Assembly (NCBI GenBank): GCA_037142615.1
Contig: JBAXAI010000005.1
Location: forward strand, 90,120 to 154,119
Direction: 5' to 3'
DNA from: Spirochaetales bacterium
Lineage (GTDB): Bacteria > Spirochaetota > Spirochaetia > JABEVK01
DNA length: 64,000 nucleotides
Of this stretch, positions 20,155 to 29,996 are shown one piece after another. Position 1 is the first letter of the stretch. Each line of letters begins with the position of its first letter. The notes under the pieces are model-generated. The model was given only the letters and a program-made list of their open reading frames with translations, was not told the DNA's origin and searched no databases. Made by a program: the position numbers and the translations under genes.

Positions 20155-21640
20155 TCACGCCCTTGCGCTTGTCGAGCACAAACTTGACGGCCGTCATCTT
20201 CTGGGTGACCAAAAAACGGACGTGACAGATTTCGACGAGGGTGTCGGGCCAAACGTTGCCGCGCACCACGACGCTGGCTTCTTCGTCCTGCCCGAGAGCC
20301 ATCAACTGGTCGCGAGACCGCTCCATGAGGGCGAGAATCTCTTCGCGGAGCCGATCGGCCAGACCACGGAGTTTCACTTGCGACTCGCGGTTGGCGTGGG
20401 GAATGGCGGCCTCGACCTTGTGCAGTTGATTGGCAAAGTCGCGGGAGCTCTCCCTCAGGGCGGTGATCTGCTCCATGCCCTGAAAGTCGATGCCACAGAT
20501 GAGCTCGGTTCGAGGTCCGGTGGGCGTGCTGATATGAAAAGTGTCGATCCCTCGCAGGGTCTGCAGGCAACCACCCGCCACGATGCCCTTGTCGCCCAGT
20601 TTGAGCTTGCCGCGGGTCTTGACCAGGCTGTTCAGAATACTGTTTTCGATCAGAACATCGCCCTGCGCGCTCAATGAGACCCGGTTGAGGTACTTGGCGT
20701 TGACTTTGCCGCCCACCTCGACGACGGTGCCTTCCTTGCCGACGATGCCGCTGTTGGTTACCAGATCGTTGCCGGTTTTGACCTTCCAGGCATCGAGCAC
20801 GCAGTCGAGCGACAAGGCGCCCCCGGCCTCGATGACAAAACCATCGGCCACGCTCTTATGAATGATGACGTCACCATGGAACTTGATGTTTCCGGTTTTG
20901 TAGCTGACCCCCTGGTCCAAGTCGAGCACCGGGCTGACCGACACCACACCCTTTTCAAACTCCAACCGGCCGTCTTCGGCGGCTTCGAGCCCGATGGGCG
21001 TTTCCACCACGGTTTCTCCGGCCCGCAAGGGAGCAGGCTGGGAGGTGCCTCCGGCCAGAACGGCTCCGAGCACGGTGGTGCCGTCTTTTCCCTGAACCTC
21101 GGGCACGCGGTGGGCCAGCAGATCGCCTTTCTTGACCATCACGAAGGGCGAAAACTCCTTCCAGTCGATAGCCACGACACTTTGATCCACCTCAGGCGGT
21201 TTTTGCCAGTGCTCTTCCAACTCCAGGTGCTCGGGAACAAACGGTTGCGGGGCCTCACCTTGGGCGATCACCACGTTGGTGAGCAGTTTGTGCTCCAAAT
21301 TGCAGCTCTGCATGGCCTCGAGGATGACGGGCCAAAGGACCCCGCTGGTGATGTTTTTTTGGAGAAGGAGTCTTTCGAGGTCTTCGGGCACCAAGGGTTT
21401 GCCGCCGGCACCGGGTGGTCGGAACTCTGCCACGGCCGACATTTGGTCTTCCTCAAGAAAGACCTCGCAATAGGCATCGAGCACCGGCTCGGCCGCTTCG
21501 TTGAGTTCTGCAAGACTGCTGCCAGGAGCCTCGCCGGCCGTATCGGGACCCTGTTCAGGCCCTCCCCACTTCAAGGAGGCCTGAATCATGTCCTGAGATT
21601 CTTTGAGAAGTTGAGCGATGGTTTTTTCTTTGCCTCTCAT
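20126..21640 (-). CDS. FapA / DUF342 family flagellar assembly protein
   Basis: VKKGDLLA, G.DG.TV.G, V...TGNIKF.GDV.I, GIVAGG and G.VWP.T.V.I patterns. Start uncertain (ATG 21640 or further upstream). Confidence 0.85.
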   Translation of the reverse strand: MRGKEKTIAQLLKESQDMIQASLKWGGPEQGPDTAGEAPGSSLAELNEAAEPVLDAYCEVFLEEDQMSAVAEFRPPGAGGKPLVPEDLERLLLQKNITSGVLWPVILEAMQSCNLEHKLLTNVVIAQGEAPQPFVPEHLELEEHWQKPPEVDQSVVAIDWKEFSPFVMVKKGDLLAHRVPEVQGKDGTTVLGAVLAGGTSQPAPLRAGETVVETPIGLEAAEDGRLEFEKGVVSVSPVLDLDQGVSYKTGNIKFHGDVIIHKSVADGFVIEAGGALSLDCVLDAWKVKTGNDLVTNSGIVGKEGTVVEVGGKVNAKYLNRVSLSAQGDVLIENSILNSLVKTRGKLKLGDKGIVAGGCLQTLRGIDTFHISTPTGPRTELICGIDFQGMEQITALRESSRDFANQLHKVEAAIPHANRESQVKLRGLADRLREEILALMERSRDQLMALGQDEEASVVVRGNVWPDTLVEICHVRFLVTQKMTAVKFVLDKRKGVISVVSLKKT

Positions 21641-21808
21641 CACGCCGGTGGGCCCCTCGGGTAAGTGTAGTGCATGACGTCGAGATTTTGTCGAGTTCCA
21701 TGGCAGTTTTATGTCCACTAACTCCATCCTTGAAAGGATTGACAACCTTTTCCGGTGTGTGTAGGGTACTGCCGATAGTAAGTCCGCTGAGCCCAAGGAG
21801 CCCAACCG

Positions 21809-22423
21809 ATCCTTCTTCGCCGTCTGTTCCTGCTTGCCCCCATAGTCCTTGCTTGTCTACTGACGTCCTGTTCCGGGGGTCCAGAGCCCTTCGAAGTCGG
21901 CCCACCTTCGACCGACGCGGTTCTGAATCTTTACCGCAGCGAGCACTTTCGACCTGTCGTGCTTGAGTTCTACACCCACCTGACAGAGAACGCTGCCGTG
22001 GCCTCGGCGATTCTGGACGCCTGCGACGAACTGGCCCTGCCACCCTCGCTGGCGTTTGCTTTGGCTTGGAACGAAAGCCAGTTCAACCCGTTGGCCGTGC
22101 ACCAGAATGAGGGCTCGGTCGACCGTGGCCTGTTTCAGCTCAATTCGCGAAGCTTCTCAGGACTTTCGAAGAAGGTTGTGTTCGACCCGGTGCAGAACGC
22201 CCGCATCGGGCTGAGCTACTACAAGAGCATTCTTGGCAAGTTGAAGACTCCTGAAAAGGCGCTAGGCTACTACAACGCCGGCATCGGCCTGTTGACCGAT
22301 CGACCGCTGCCCCGCACCACTGTGGCCTACATCGGCCGCATTTTGCAGGACCAAAAGAGCCTCGACAGCGATGCCATCGCCTGGCTGTACTTTAGCCATG
22401 ACCCCAGGGTTGCCTTGCGATGA
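21809..22423 (+). CDS. Lytic transglycosylase (SLT domain) lipoprotein
   Basis: ALAWNESQFNP.A, DRGLFQLN, N.RIG..Y and YNAG motifs. The frame extends 150 nt upstream of the track start to a signal peptide with LLTS-C; apparent ATC start. Confidence 0.85.
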   Translation: MLLRRLFLLAPIVLACLLTSCSGGPEPFEVGPPSTDAVLNLYRSEHFRPVVLEFYTHLTENAAVASAILDACDELALPPSLAFALAWNESQFNPLAVHQNEGSVDRGLFQLNSRSFSGLSKKVVFDPVQNARIGLSYYKSILGKLKTPEKALGYYNAGIGLLTDRPLPRTTVAYIGRILQDQKSLDSDAIAWLYFSHDPRVALR

Positions 22424-23250
22424 ACCGGTTGCTGAACATCGGGTTTCAAGGAGAGCACGGCGCCTACAGCGAAATGGCGGTCTTCCAGCTGTTCGACCGC
22501 CGGATTGCCACTGCCGTTCCCATGTTCAGCTTCCGCGACGTGTTCGAGGCGGTCGAGGCCGGTCGCTTGGACTTCGGTATCGTTCCCATTGAAAACGCGC
22601 TCGCCGGGGCCATCGACGACAACTTTGACCTTTTGCTCGAGTTTGACCATCTGCACATCGTGGCCGAGACCCAAGTTCGCATTGAACACAACCTGATCGG
22701 CCGACCAGGGACTCCTCTGTCGGCCATCAAAAAGGTGCTTTCGCACCCGCAGGGTTTGGCACAGAGCCGCAAGTTCCTCGAAGCGCATCCCGAGTGGGAA
22801 ACGGTTCCCTTTTACGATACGGCCGGCAGCGTGGCGCATGTGGCCAAAACCGGCGACGCCTCCCTCGCGGCCATTGCAAGCGCCGAGGCGGCCCGCGTCT
22901 ACGGCATGGAAATCCTGGTCGCCGGGGTCGAAAGCAACCACCAGAACTTCACCCGCTTTTTTCAGCTGGCACCCCGCTCGGTGCCGCAGCCGGCTGAGCC
23001 GAACAAAGCCAGCATCGTGTTCGCTACCGCCGACGAACCCGGGGCACTGTCGAAGTGTCTGGCCGTTTTCGCCAGCCACAGCGTCAACATGAAAAAATTG
23101 GAAAGCCGCCCGATCCAAGGCCGACCCTGGGACTACATGTTTTACGTCGATGTGGCGCTTCCCGCCGAGGCAGCACAGTTCGACGCGGCGTTCGCCGAGC
23201 TGAATCTGGTGGCTCAAGACCTGCGGCTGCTCGGCAAGTACCGGGCCTAG
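22420..23250 (+). CDS. pheA: Prephenate dehydratase
   Basis: FQGEHGAYSE, VPIEN, SHPQGLAQ, NFTRF and ACT domain (KLESRP). Confidence 0.93.
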   Translation: MNRLLNIGFQGEHGAYSEMAVFQLFDRRIATAVPMFSFRDVFEAVEAGRLDFGIVPIENALAGAIDDNFDLLLEFDHLHIVAETQVRIEHNLIGRPGTPLSAIKKVLSHPQGLAQSRKFLEAHPEWETVPFYDTAGSVAHVAKTGDASLAAIASAEAARVYGMEILVAGVESNHQNFTRFFQLAPRSVPQPAEPNKASIVFATADEPGALSKCLAVFASHSVNMKKLESRPIQGRPWDYMFYVDVALPAEAAQFDAAFAELNLVAQDLRLLGKYRA

Positions 23251-23272
23251 CCTGTGGGCTTAGGGGCCCGAA

Positions 23273-24691
23273 CTACTTTGCCCGGATTCCCAACCGCTTG
23301 AGCTGCTCCAGCTCTTCTTTCTTGCCCACGTAGTCGTGCTTGAGCTTGTTGGCGTTCGACATGGCAGTGCGCACTTGGGTGATCTCGGTCTTGATTCCCT
23401 TCACCTGGCCCCGGCTGTCTTTGGGGACTTCGGTCTTGAAGTACACGTCGAGACCGGCCATGCGCTCCACGGTTTTGCTGGCTTCGACAAGCGTCCTGTC
23501 GAACCAGTCGAGAATCTCGTCTTCTGTTTTGGCGTTCATGTTGGCAAACTGGGGACTGGCACGGTTCGCCATGGCGACGAGCACCCGGATGCGCCCCGAA
23601 AGCTCATCGGCCCACTTGGAAAAATCCAGTTCCTCTGTGCGTTGGGTGCTGCTCACCGTGTCGAAGAGCTCGATTTCGTAGATGCGGGGTTTGTTCTTGA
23701 TGCCCATCAAGCCACGGATCCACGCCTGAAACATCTCGCCCAACCCGGAAGCGGGGACCTCGACCAGCAGACTGTTTTCCTGAAGCTTTTTGAGACCCGA
23801 CTCGAGGGCAATGTTGAGACTTCCCAGCGTGCGGACGCCCTCCATCAAACCCACCTTGGGGTCGGCGACGACCTTGGGCTTTTCTTTGACAACCTGGGTC
23901 GTGGTGATGCGGTGCAACAACTCGCTGCGGAAGTGTTCGGTGTTGGGCGCAAAGTCCTCGTCGAGCAGTTCCTTGACGAGCTCGCTGATGTAGGGTTGCC
24001 CCTTCACTGCGCCAGAGAACTCTTTCTTGATCTTCTTTTGCACGTTGTCGGGGTTGCCGACCACTTCTTCGGGTGCCAAGTTCAAATGACTCCAGAAGCT
24101 GTTGCGCAACATCAGTTTGTACTCTTCCCGCTTGAAGATCGACACCTTTTTGAGGTACTCCAGAATCTTGGTGGACTGGACAGCGATCTGGGTTGGGATA
24201 TCCTTGGCTAGACCGGCCGACATGGCATCGTCACCCTTGCGAACCCTAGACACCAACTCGGCCACGGCCCGGGTGTTGGTCTCTTGGCTGGCCTCGGAAA
24301 AGGCCTCCCAGCGCACAAACCGCAGAAACTGGGTGAGATTCTTCAACCGGGGCAACGTCATGTGTTCGAGGCTGAAGGAGTAGAAGTCGTTGAGGTACTT
24401 GAGTTGCCTCTCGAACGCATGCATTCGAATGCTGACCACCGTGGCCTTGGAGCCCTCAATGAAGGGCTCTACAGTGATGGGCGTGATTTCGGAAATCTTG
24501 TCTTCGTACTGGTAGGGGTCTTCGGCCAGAATGCCCTTGTTCTTCATCAGCGTCAGGAGCGAAACGTAGATCGACGTCAGGTTGCGAAAGTCGGCCTTGA
24601 GGGTCACCAGAGACGTCATAGTGAGCTCGTTTCCATAGTCGTTGAGGCGGGTTTCGATGTCTTGCAGGAACTCGTCGTCGCTCATGGGCAT
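23273..24691 (-). CDS. Large helical hypothetical protein
   Basis: 472-aa ORF with host-like codon usage, charged and helical; no motif recognised. Confidence 0.8.
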   Translation of the reverse strand: MPMSDDEFLQDIETRLNDYGNELTMTSLVTLKADFRNLTSIYVSLLTLMKNKGILAEDPYQYEDKISEITPITVEPFIEGSKATVVSIRMHAFERQLKYLNDFYSFSLEHMTLPRLKNLTQFLRFVRWEAFSEASQETNTRAVAELVSRVRKGDDAMSAGLAKDIPTQIAVQSTKILEYLKKVSIFKREEYKLMLRNSFWSHLNLAPEEVVGNPDNVQKKIKKEFSGAVKGQPYISELVKELLDEDFAPNTEHFRSELLHRITTTQVVKEKPKVVADPKVGLMEGVRTLGSLNIALESGLKKLQENSLLVEVPASGLGEMFQAWIRGLMGIKNKPRIYEIELFDTVSSTQRTEELDFSKWADELSGRIRVLVAMANRASPQFANMNAKTEDEILDWFDRTLVEASKTVERMAGLDVYFKTEVPKDSRGQVKGIKTEITQVRTAMSNANKLKHDYVGKKEELEQLKRLGIRAK

Positions 24692-24756
24692 TTTGAGATT
24701 ATCTTAGGGTATAGACATGGCGATGTCAAAGCCCGCGCTCAGGCGCGGACTGTCGC

Positions 24757-25563
24757 ATGCCGAAAGTAAAGGCAATGGCTGCACGACTGACGGAACAGGA
24801 AATCGACCGGGCCTTGGCGAAGATCCGGGGAGAGTACGATCACTACATCGTCCACTACTTCAAATCTGCCGACGCAAAGAACAAGTTCGACGACCGTTTG
24901 GCCCAGGCGCTGCGCGAACGGATGGACCTGACAACTTTCCTGGGCATCGAGATGCAGGTGGTCAAGACTCTGCTCGCGAAAGCCGCCCACGCGCGGAACT
25001 TTCCGACCGCTGCCCCGGAAGAAGCAGGAGCCAAAACCAACCGGGCCAAGCCGCGCCAGTCGTACGCCGACAGGGTGCTGGACCAACTCCGTGCGCGGAT
25101 CTCGCCGTATCCCGAGTTGGGAATCCCGGAACTTCCTCAGAAGAGTCTCGATGTCGACAAACTCTACGGCACGCTTCGGTGGTTTCGCCGGGAAATCTGG
25201 AACGTACTTTACCCGGTGATCGTGAAAAAGACGCCATCGCCCATGCTGTTCAGGGCCGACGACGACCTGGTGTCGCTCACCGGCGAAGGCGACCACTTTC
25301 CAAAAGAAATCGAAGCCTACGTCGATGCGCTGGAACACGATTCGAACTTGTCACAGCTCAGCCGTGCCCAAAACCGCTGTTTGCTGCAGGCGGCGCAGTT
25401 CTTGCATCGGCTGAGGGCCCTGCTCGACGGCGCGCTGGCAGAAAAGTCCCGCACCCGCGAGGAATACACCCAGGCCGAGGCCGAAAGTCTCCGGCGCGCG
25501 GTGGCGTTTTGCGACCGGGTGTTGGTCGACTTCCGTCTGCGCGACTTGAAAGCCCAAACCTGA
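24757..25563 (+). CDS. Hypothetical protein
   Basis: 268-aa helical ORF with host-like codon usage; start could be ATG 24775. Confidence 0.75.
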   Translation: MPKVKAMAARLTEQEIDRALAKIRGEYDHYIVHYFKSADAKNKFDDRLAQALRERMDLTTFLGIEMQVVKTLLAKAAHARNFPTAAPEEAGAKTNRAKPRQSYADRVLDQLRARISPYPELGIPELPQKSLDVDKLYGTLRWFRREIWNVLYPVIVKKTPSPMLFRADDDLVSLTGEGDHFPKEIEAYVDALEHDSNLSQLSRAQNRCLLQAAQFLHRLRALLDGALAEKSRTREEYTQAEAESLRRAVAFCDRVLVDFRLRDLKAQT

Positions 25564-25579
25564 AGGGCTAACTTAGCCC

Positions 25580-27091
25580 ATGCGATGGTGGAAGTTCCCC
25601 TTGGTCTGGCTTGCGCTGGTGCTGCTTGGCCCCGTGGCGGGAGGCGAGTCTTTGGCTCCCTTGGCCCAGTTCGGCGACCGCGACACCAAACAGAAGCCCC
25701 TGGTGACTCTGGCAACTTCGCCGCTCCCCGGCGGAGGGTGGCGCCTTACAGCGCGCTACGTAATTCCACCGGGCATGCACCAGACGCTTCAGGAAGGCTA
25801 TTTCGGGCTGGAGTTGGGCGAATTGCCGCCGGACTGGAGCGCGGCCCCAACCCGCTATCCCGACCATTCCGAGGTCATCTTGGGCCTTCCTTCGTGGAGC
25901 GGAACGTTTGAGCTTTCGCGCGACCTCGTCGGCGCTGCTGATGGGCCTCCGGCGGTGAAGGTGACCGCCCTGTGGCAGATTTGCTTCGACGATGGGGTTT
26001 GCCTGCCCCCCGGGCGCGTCACGTTCTTCGTGGGCCAACAGTTCGACTGGCTTTGGGCCCTGACCCTCGCTTTGCTCGGGGGGCTGGTTCTTAACCTGAT
26101 GCCGTGCGTACTGCCCGTGCTGGCGCTCAAGCTGATGGCCCGGCCCGGGCGCCTGTCGTCACTGGCAACGGCACTGGGAATCGAAACCGGCCTGTTGGTT
26201 CTCGGGGGCCTGACGCTGACACTTCAGGCCGGTGGCCAGGCTGCGGGCTGGGGGTTTCAGTTCCAGTCGCCGTGGTACAGCCTGGTGCTGATCGTGGTTC
26301 TGGTGGCGCTGGCTCTGGAGTGGTGGGGCGTGTGGCGACTGCCCGCACTGACGTGGTCGCGGGCCGTTGGCGCGGTTGGGACTATTTCTAGGCCCAGAAA
26401 AGGTTTGTGGTGGGAGAGCTTTGGGACAGGCCTGCTGACGGTCGCATTGGCTACCCCCTGCACGGCGCCCTTCCTGGGGACGGCTCTGGGTTTGACGCTG
26501 TCGGCCCCGCCTGCGGCGGCGTTGGCGGTGTTTGGTGTGATCGGCCTTGGCCTGGCGTCGCCCTTTTTGCTGATGGCGGGCCTACCTACGGGTTGGACCA
26601 ACGCTTTGGCTCGCTGGATGCCCAAGCCCGGCGCGTGGATGTCGTGGGTCCCACGACTGGGCGGTGCGGCCCTGCTGGGAACGGCACTTTGGCTGGGCAC
26701 CGTGGTCTGGCAGCAGAGTTTTTCGCCTGCTGCAGGTGCCGCCGTGGAGCACCCGGCGGGCTGGGAGGCCTTTTCACCGGCGGCGGCCCGGGCGGCTGCG
26801 ACGGGTGAGGCGCCCGTGTTGGTGGAGTTCACAGCGGCGTGGTGCCTCACCTGCCGCGTGAACGAGGCGGGGCCGTTATCGTCGCCGGAGTTTTTGGCCG
26901 CGGCACGCGCGAGTGGAACCCGCCTGTTCTGGGGAGACTTCACCGGGCCCGACGCGGGAATCACCGAGTGGCTGAGCGACTACGGCCGGGCCGGGGTTCC
27001 TTTCACGTTGGTGCTCAAGAAGGGCTACCCGCCGCAGGTGTTGCCCGAACTGCTGAGTGTTCAGGACCTGTTAGCGGCCTTGGCCCGGTAA
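25580..27091 (+). CDS. dsbD: DsbD-family thiol:disulfide interchange protein
   Basis: Periplasmic QIC.....CLPP, TM MPCVLPV and TPCTAPF, thioredoxin WCLTC. Confidence 0.88.
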   Translation: MRWWKFPLVWLALVLLGPVAGGESLAPLAQFGDRDTKQKPLVTLATSPLPGGGWRLTARYVIPPGMHQTLQEGYFGLELGELPPDWSAAPTRYPDHSEVILGLPSWSGTFELSRDLVGAADGPPAVKVTALWQICFDDGVCLPPGRVTFFVGQQFDWLWALTLALLGGLVLNLMPCVLPVLALKLMARPGRLSSLATALGIETGLLVLGGLTLTLQAGGQAAGWGFQFQSPWYSLVLIVVLVALALEWWGVWRLPALTWSRAVGAVGTISRPRKGLWWESFGTGLLTVALATPCTAPFLGTALGLTLSAPPAAALAVFGVIGLGLASPFLLMAGLPTGWTNALARWMPKPGAWMSWVPRLGGAALLGTALWLGTVVWQQSFSPAAGAAVEHPAGWEAFSPAAARAAATGEAPVLVEFTAAWCLTCRVNEAGPLSSPEFLAAARASGTRLFWGDFTGPDAGITEWLSDYGRAGVPFTLVLKKGYPPQVLPELLSVQDLLAALAR

Positions 27092-28189
27092 ACTTGCCAG
27101 ACGCGTGGCCGCTCCGATGCCCCAGCCCGATTCCCGAACCTCGGGCTCGGTGATGGTCAGCGCATCCCCTCGTTGCAGCCCCAACCAAAGCGGCGAACGA
27201 TAGGCCCCAGGCGCGGAAAGCGAGAAACGTCCGGCTTCGCCGCACACCAACATCCGCCGCCTTCCGGCCTTGTTTACCATCGACTCGGAAAGGACCCTGT
27301 AGCGGGACGAGTCCGCCGGTGGCGGGCCGGACGGCCTGAGCGCCAGCCAGGTGAACGGCAGTTCGCGTTTGTCAATTCCCGCCCGGCGAGCGGACTGTGC
27401 CACCAGATGGGGAACCTTCCACGTCAGTAGATCGTGACACGCGGCCCCGGCCACCAGCGCGGGGCAGGCCTTCTGGTAAAAACAGGGCCCTTGCACGCCC
27501 CAGCCCCGGGCCACTACCGCGTCACGAAGCGCCAAGGCCTCGGCGTTGGGCCCGTGCGAGGCCGGCTCAATCAGCAGGACGACGCCACCGGGGTTGAGTT
27601 GGCTGGCCAAACGTTCCAAGAAAGCGGCACGGCGCTCCTTTCGGTCGGGGGCCCCGGCTGCCAACTCGTTCACAAAATGGCCCAGCAAGATCAGGTCCCA
27701 GGGACCGCCGGCAGGCAGGGCGGCGTCCTCGGCCTGCCACACCTGTGTGGTCAGCTCGAAGCCGCCGAGGGTAGCCAACTCGCGGGCTTTTTGTAGGGCC
27801 GGTGCACTGCGGTCAGCGGCGGTCACCTTCGTCCAACCGGCCTCGAGCAACGCCATCGCGCCGGGGGCAGGGCCGCTGCCGAGGTCGAGGGCCCTGGAGC
27901 CACGACGGATATCGCCTTTTCGCAGGGCCGAGAGGGTCTGGGCGAAACTGACAGGCCAGTAGTACAGCAGGTAGGCCCCCAGCAGGTCTTCGCTGCCAAG
28001 GTAGCCGGCGCCGGCGAGTTCTCTGGTGCCGGTGAGGCCCTTCGACAACTCGCGCACACCAACAGCGACGCGGTCGGCCTCGGCGCTCGTCAGGCCGTCC
28101 TGGGGAAGGCCCTCGGTCGGCGCAGCTGCGCCACGGCGCCAAACCTGAAGGAGTCGGGGGAGCCAGCGTTCCAAGGGGGGTTGTGCCAT
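27071..28189 (-). CDS. Rsm22-family SAM-dependent methyltransferase
   Basis: AYLLYYWP, LDLGSGP, GG..LLIEP and PC....CP....CH Cys cluster. Confidence 0.8.
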   Translation of the reverse strand: MAQPPLERWLPRLLQVWRRGAAAPTEGLPQDGLTSAEADRVAVGVRELSKGLTGTRELAGAGYLGSEDLLGAYLLYYWPVSFAQTLSALRKGDIRRGSRALDLGSGPAPGAMALLEAGWTKVTAADRSAPALQKARELATLGGFELTTQVWQAEDAALPAGGPWDLILLGHFVNELAAGAPDRKERRAAFLERLASQLNPGGVVLLIEPASHGPNAEALALRDAVVARGWGVQGPCFYQKACPALVAGAACHDLLTWKVPHLVAQSARRAGIDKRELPFTWLALRPSGPPPADSSRYRVLSESMVNKAGRRRMLVCGEAGRFSLSAPGAYRSPLWLGLQRGDALTITEPEVRESGWGIGAATRLASLPGQGR

Positions 28190-28236
28190 GCGCGGAGTCT
28201 AGCCGATTTGACAGACCCAAGTCCACGCGCGACACC

Positions 28237-29940
28237 TCACGAGCCTACTGGTCCCCTGAGAGGCTTCGCTTCCGCGTCGGCGGGTACGGGCCAGCGCGCC
28301 AAGAACGCCTTTTGCCCGCCGTCCTCGCTGTACTCCACCGTGCCACCCAGCACATCGAGGATGGACCGGCTGAGGTGAAGCCCCAGGCCGAGAGCGCTCG
28401 TGTGGGTAGTGAAATAAGGCTCAAACAAGCGCTTCTGCACCGACTCGGGCACGTGGGGGCCGGAATCGGCCACCCGCAGGGTTTGCCAACCACCGCTGAC
28501 CTCTGCGGTCACTACGATCCACCCTTCCAGTCCCACGGCTTGAAAAGCGTTGCGAATGAGATTGCCGAAAACCTGAACCAGGCGCCTTTCGGGCCCGTAG
28601 AAGGCGAGCCCATGGGGACTCAGGAACTCCACCTTGAGGTGCGTCTTTTGGGCAGCAAAGGTTTCCAAAAGTGGCCGGATTGACGCCTGGGCGTTGAACC
28701 AGGCGGAGGGCTCCACCGACACCTGAAGCAGATGCCCGCGCAAAGCCTCCACGACGTGGGCGGCCTTTTCACCGGCGACGTGCACAATCTCGAGCAACTC
28801 GGCCGCCAGAATGGCCCACTTCAGCACGGCGTCGTGTTCTTCATCGGCAGGCCAGCCCGCCACTTGGTGCCCAATGGGGTACAGCGCGTCGGTACTCAGC
28901 AGGTCGAACAGCTCGGTTTCAGGATCCCGGCCTGCCCGAACCCAAGCCTCTCGAAACCGTGCCTTCTCCTTGGGATTTCGACGGGTGCTCAACGCGCTCG
29001 AGGCTGCCGTAACCTGACGCAGAAAGCCCACACGGTCTTCCAAAAGTTGTGGGTCCAAGCGCATCGACAGCAGGTGGAGCATTCCGTCGAGCACCTCTTG
29101 GCGGAACGTCTGATTGGCCGACAGGATGGCCCCCAGCGGCGTGTTGAGCTCGTGGGCGATGCCCGACGTAAGTTGACCCAGCGTCGCAAGGGCTTCGGCG
29201 TGGGCCAGCTGGTCGCGGGCGGCCCGAAGGTCGGCTGTCCGTTCCACGACCTTCTCTTCCAGAGTTTGCACGTTGGTCCTTACGGCCGCAGCCAGCATCC
29301 GGAGTGCCGACTCGACCGCACGGACTTCTTGGATCGAGCTCTTCGTGGTCAAGGCGGAATCAGAAAGGGTTCTGGGATCGGCGCTCGACAGCAGACCCCC
29401 TAGCCGGTGAATCGGGTCGAGCACGGAACGCCCGAGAACGAACGGCGTCACCACGATCAGCAACAGCAGGAAGACTGCACCGGCCAAGAAAACCGGCACC
29501 TCGAGAGCGGCCATTCGGACCGCTACCAACCTCTCGTCGGTGGTCATGCGGATGGACCCTGCGACGTCCTTGCCGAACATAACGGGTCGTTCCAAGGTCT
29601 CGAGAGTAGGCCCGGAGCGCTCGTGCCGGTAGGCCAGAAGCTTCTGGTCGTTCCAGATCTCGAGGTTGAGGACCAACGGATTGCTGGCGGCCGCGTCACC
29701 CAGCGTCAGAACGGCGGCCTCGTCGAAGTTCCAGAGCACCTTCGAACTCGAGCTCACCAACGAGTCGATCCACTCGACCGACTCGGCGTGCAGCGAGGCT
29801 CGCACTTGCGCCTGAACAATGACGTGAAACACCGCAAACAGACCGGAACCGAGGACAAGCAGAATGCCGGTGAGGACCAACGTGACAAAGGGTCGGAGCG
29901 GGATCCCTTCCTTTTGGAAAGACCATGGCAGACGTTTCAT
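28237..29940 (-). CDS. Membrane sensor histidine kinase
   Basis: Two TMs, LGQLTSGIAHELNTPLG, NLIRNAFQA, DSGP, FEPYFTT and GLGL. Confidence 0.9.
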   Translation of the reverse strand: MKRLPWSFQKEGIPLRPFVTLVLTGILLVLGSGLFAVFHVIVQAQVRASLHAESVEWIDSLVSSSSKVLWNFDEAAVLTLGDAAASNPLVLNLEIWNDQKLLAYRHERSGPTLETLERPVMFGKDVAGSIRMTTDERLVAVRMAALEVPVFLAGAVFLLLLIVVTPFVLGRSVLDPIHRLGGLLSSADPRTLSDSALTTKSSIQEVRAVESALRMLAAAVRTNVQTLEEKVVERTADLRAARDQLAHAEALATLGQLTSGIAHELNTPLGAILSANQTFRQEVLDGMLHLLSMRLDPQLLEDRVGFLRQVTAASSALSTRRNPKEKARFREAWVRAGRDPETELFDLLSTDALYPIGHQVAGWPADEEHDAVLKWAILAAELLEIVHVAGEKAAHVVEALRGHLLQVSVEPSAWFNAQASIRPLLETFAAQKTHLKVEFLSPHGLAFYGPERRLVQVFGNLIRNAFQAVGLEGWIVVTAEVSGGWQTLRVADSGPHVPESVQKRLFEPYFTTHTSALGLGLHLSRSILDVLGGTVEYSEDGGQKAFLARWPVPADAEAKPLRGPVGS

Positions 29941-29996
29941 CAGTGTTAAGCATAAGACATTTCTTCGCACCCCGGTATGGTGTAGTGTGGACGATA

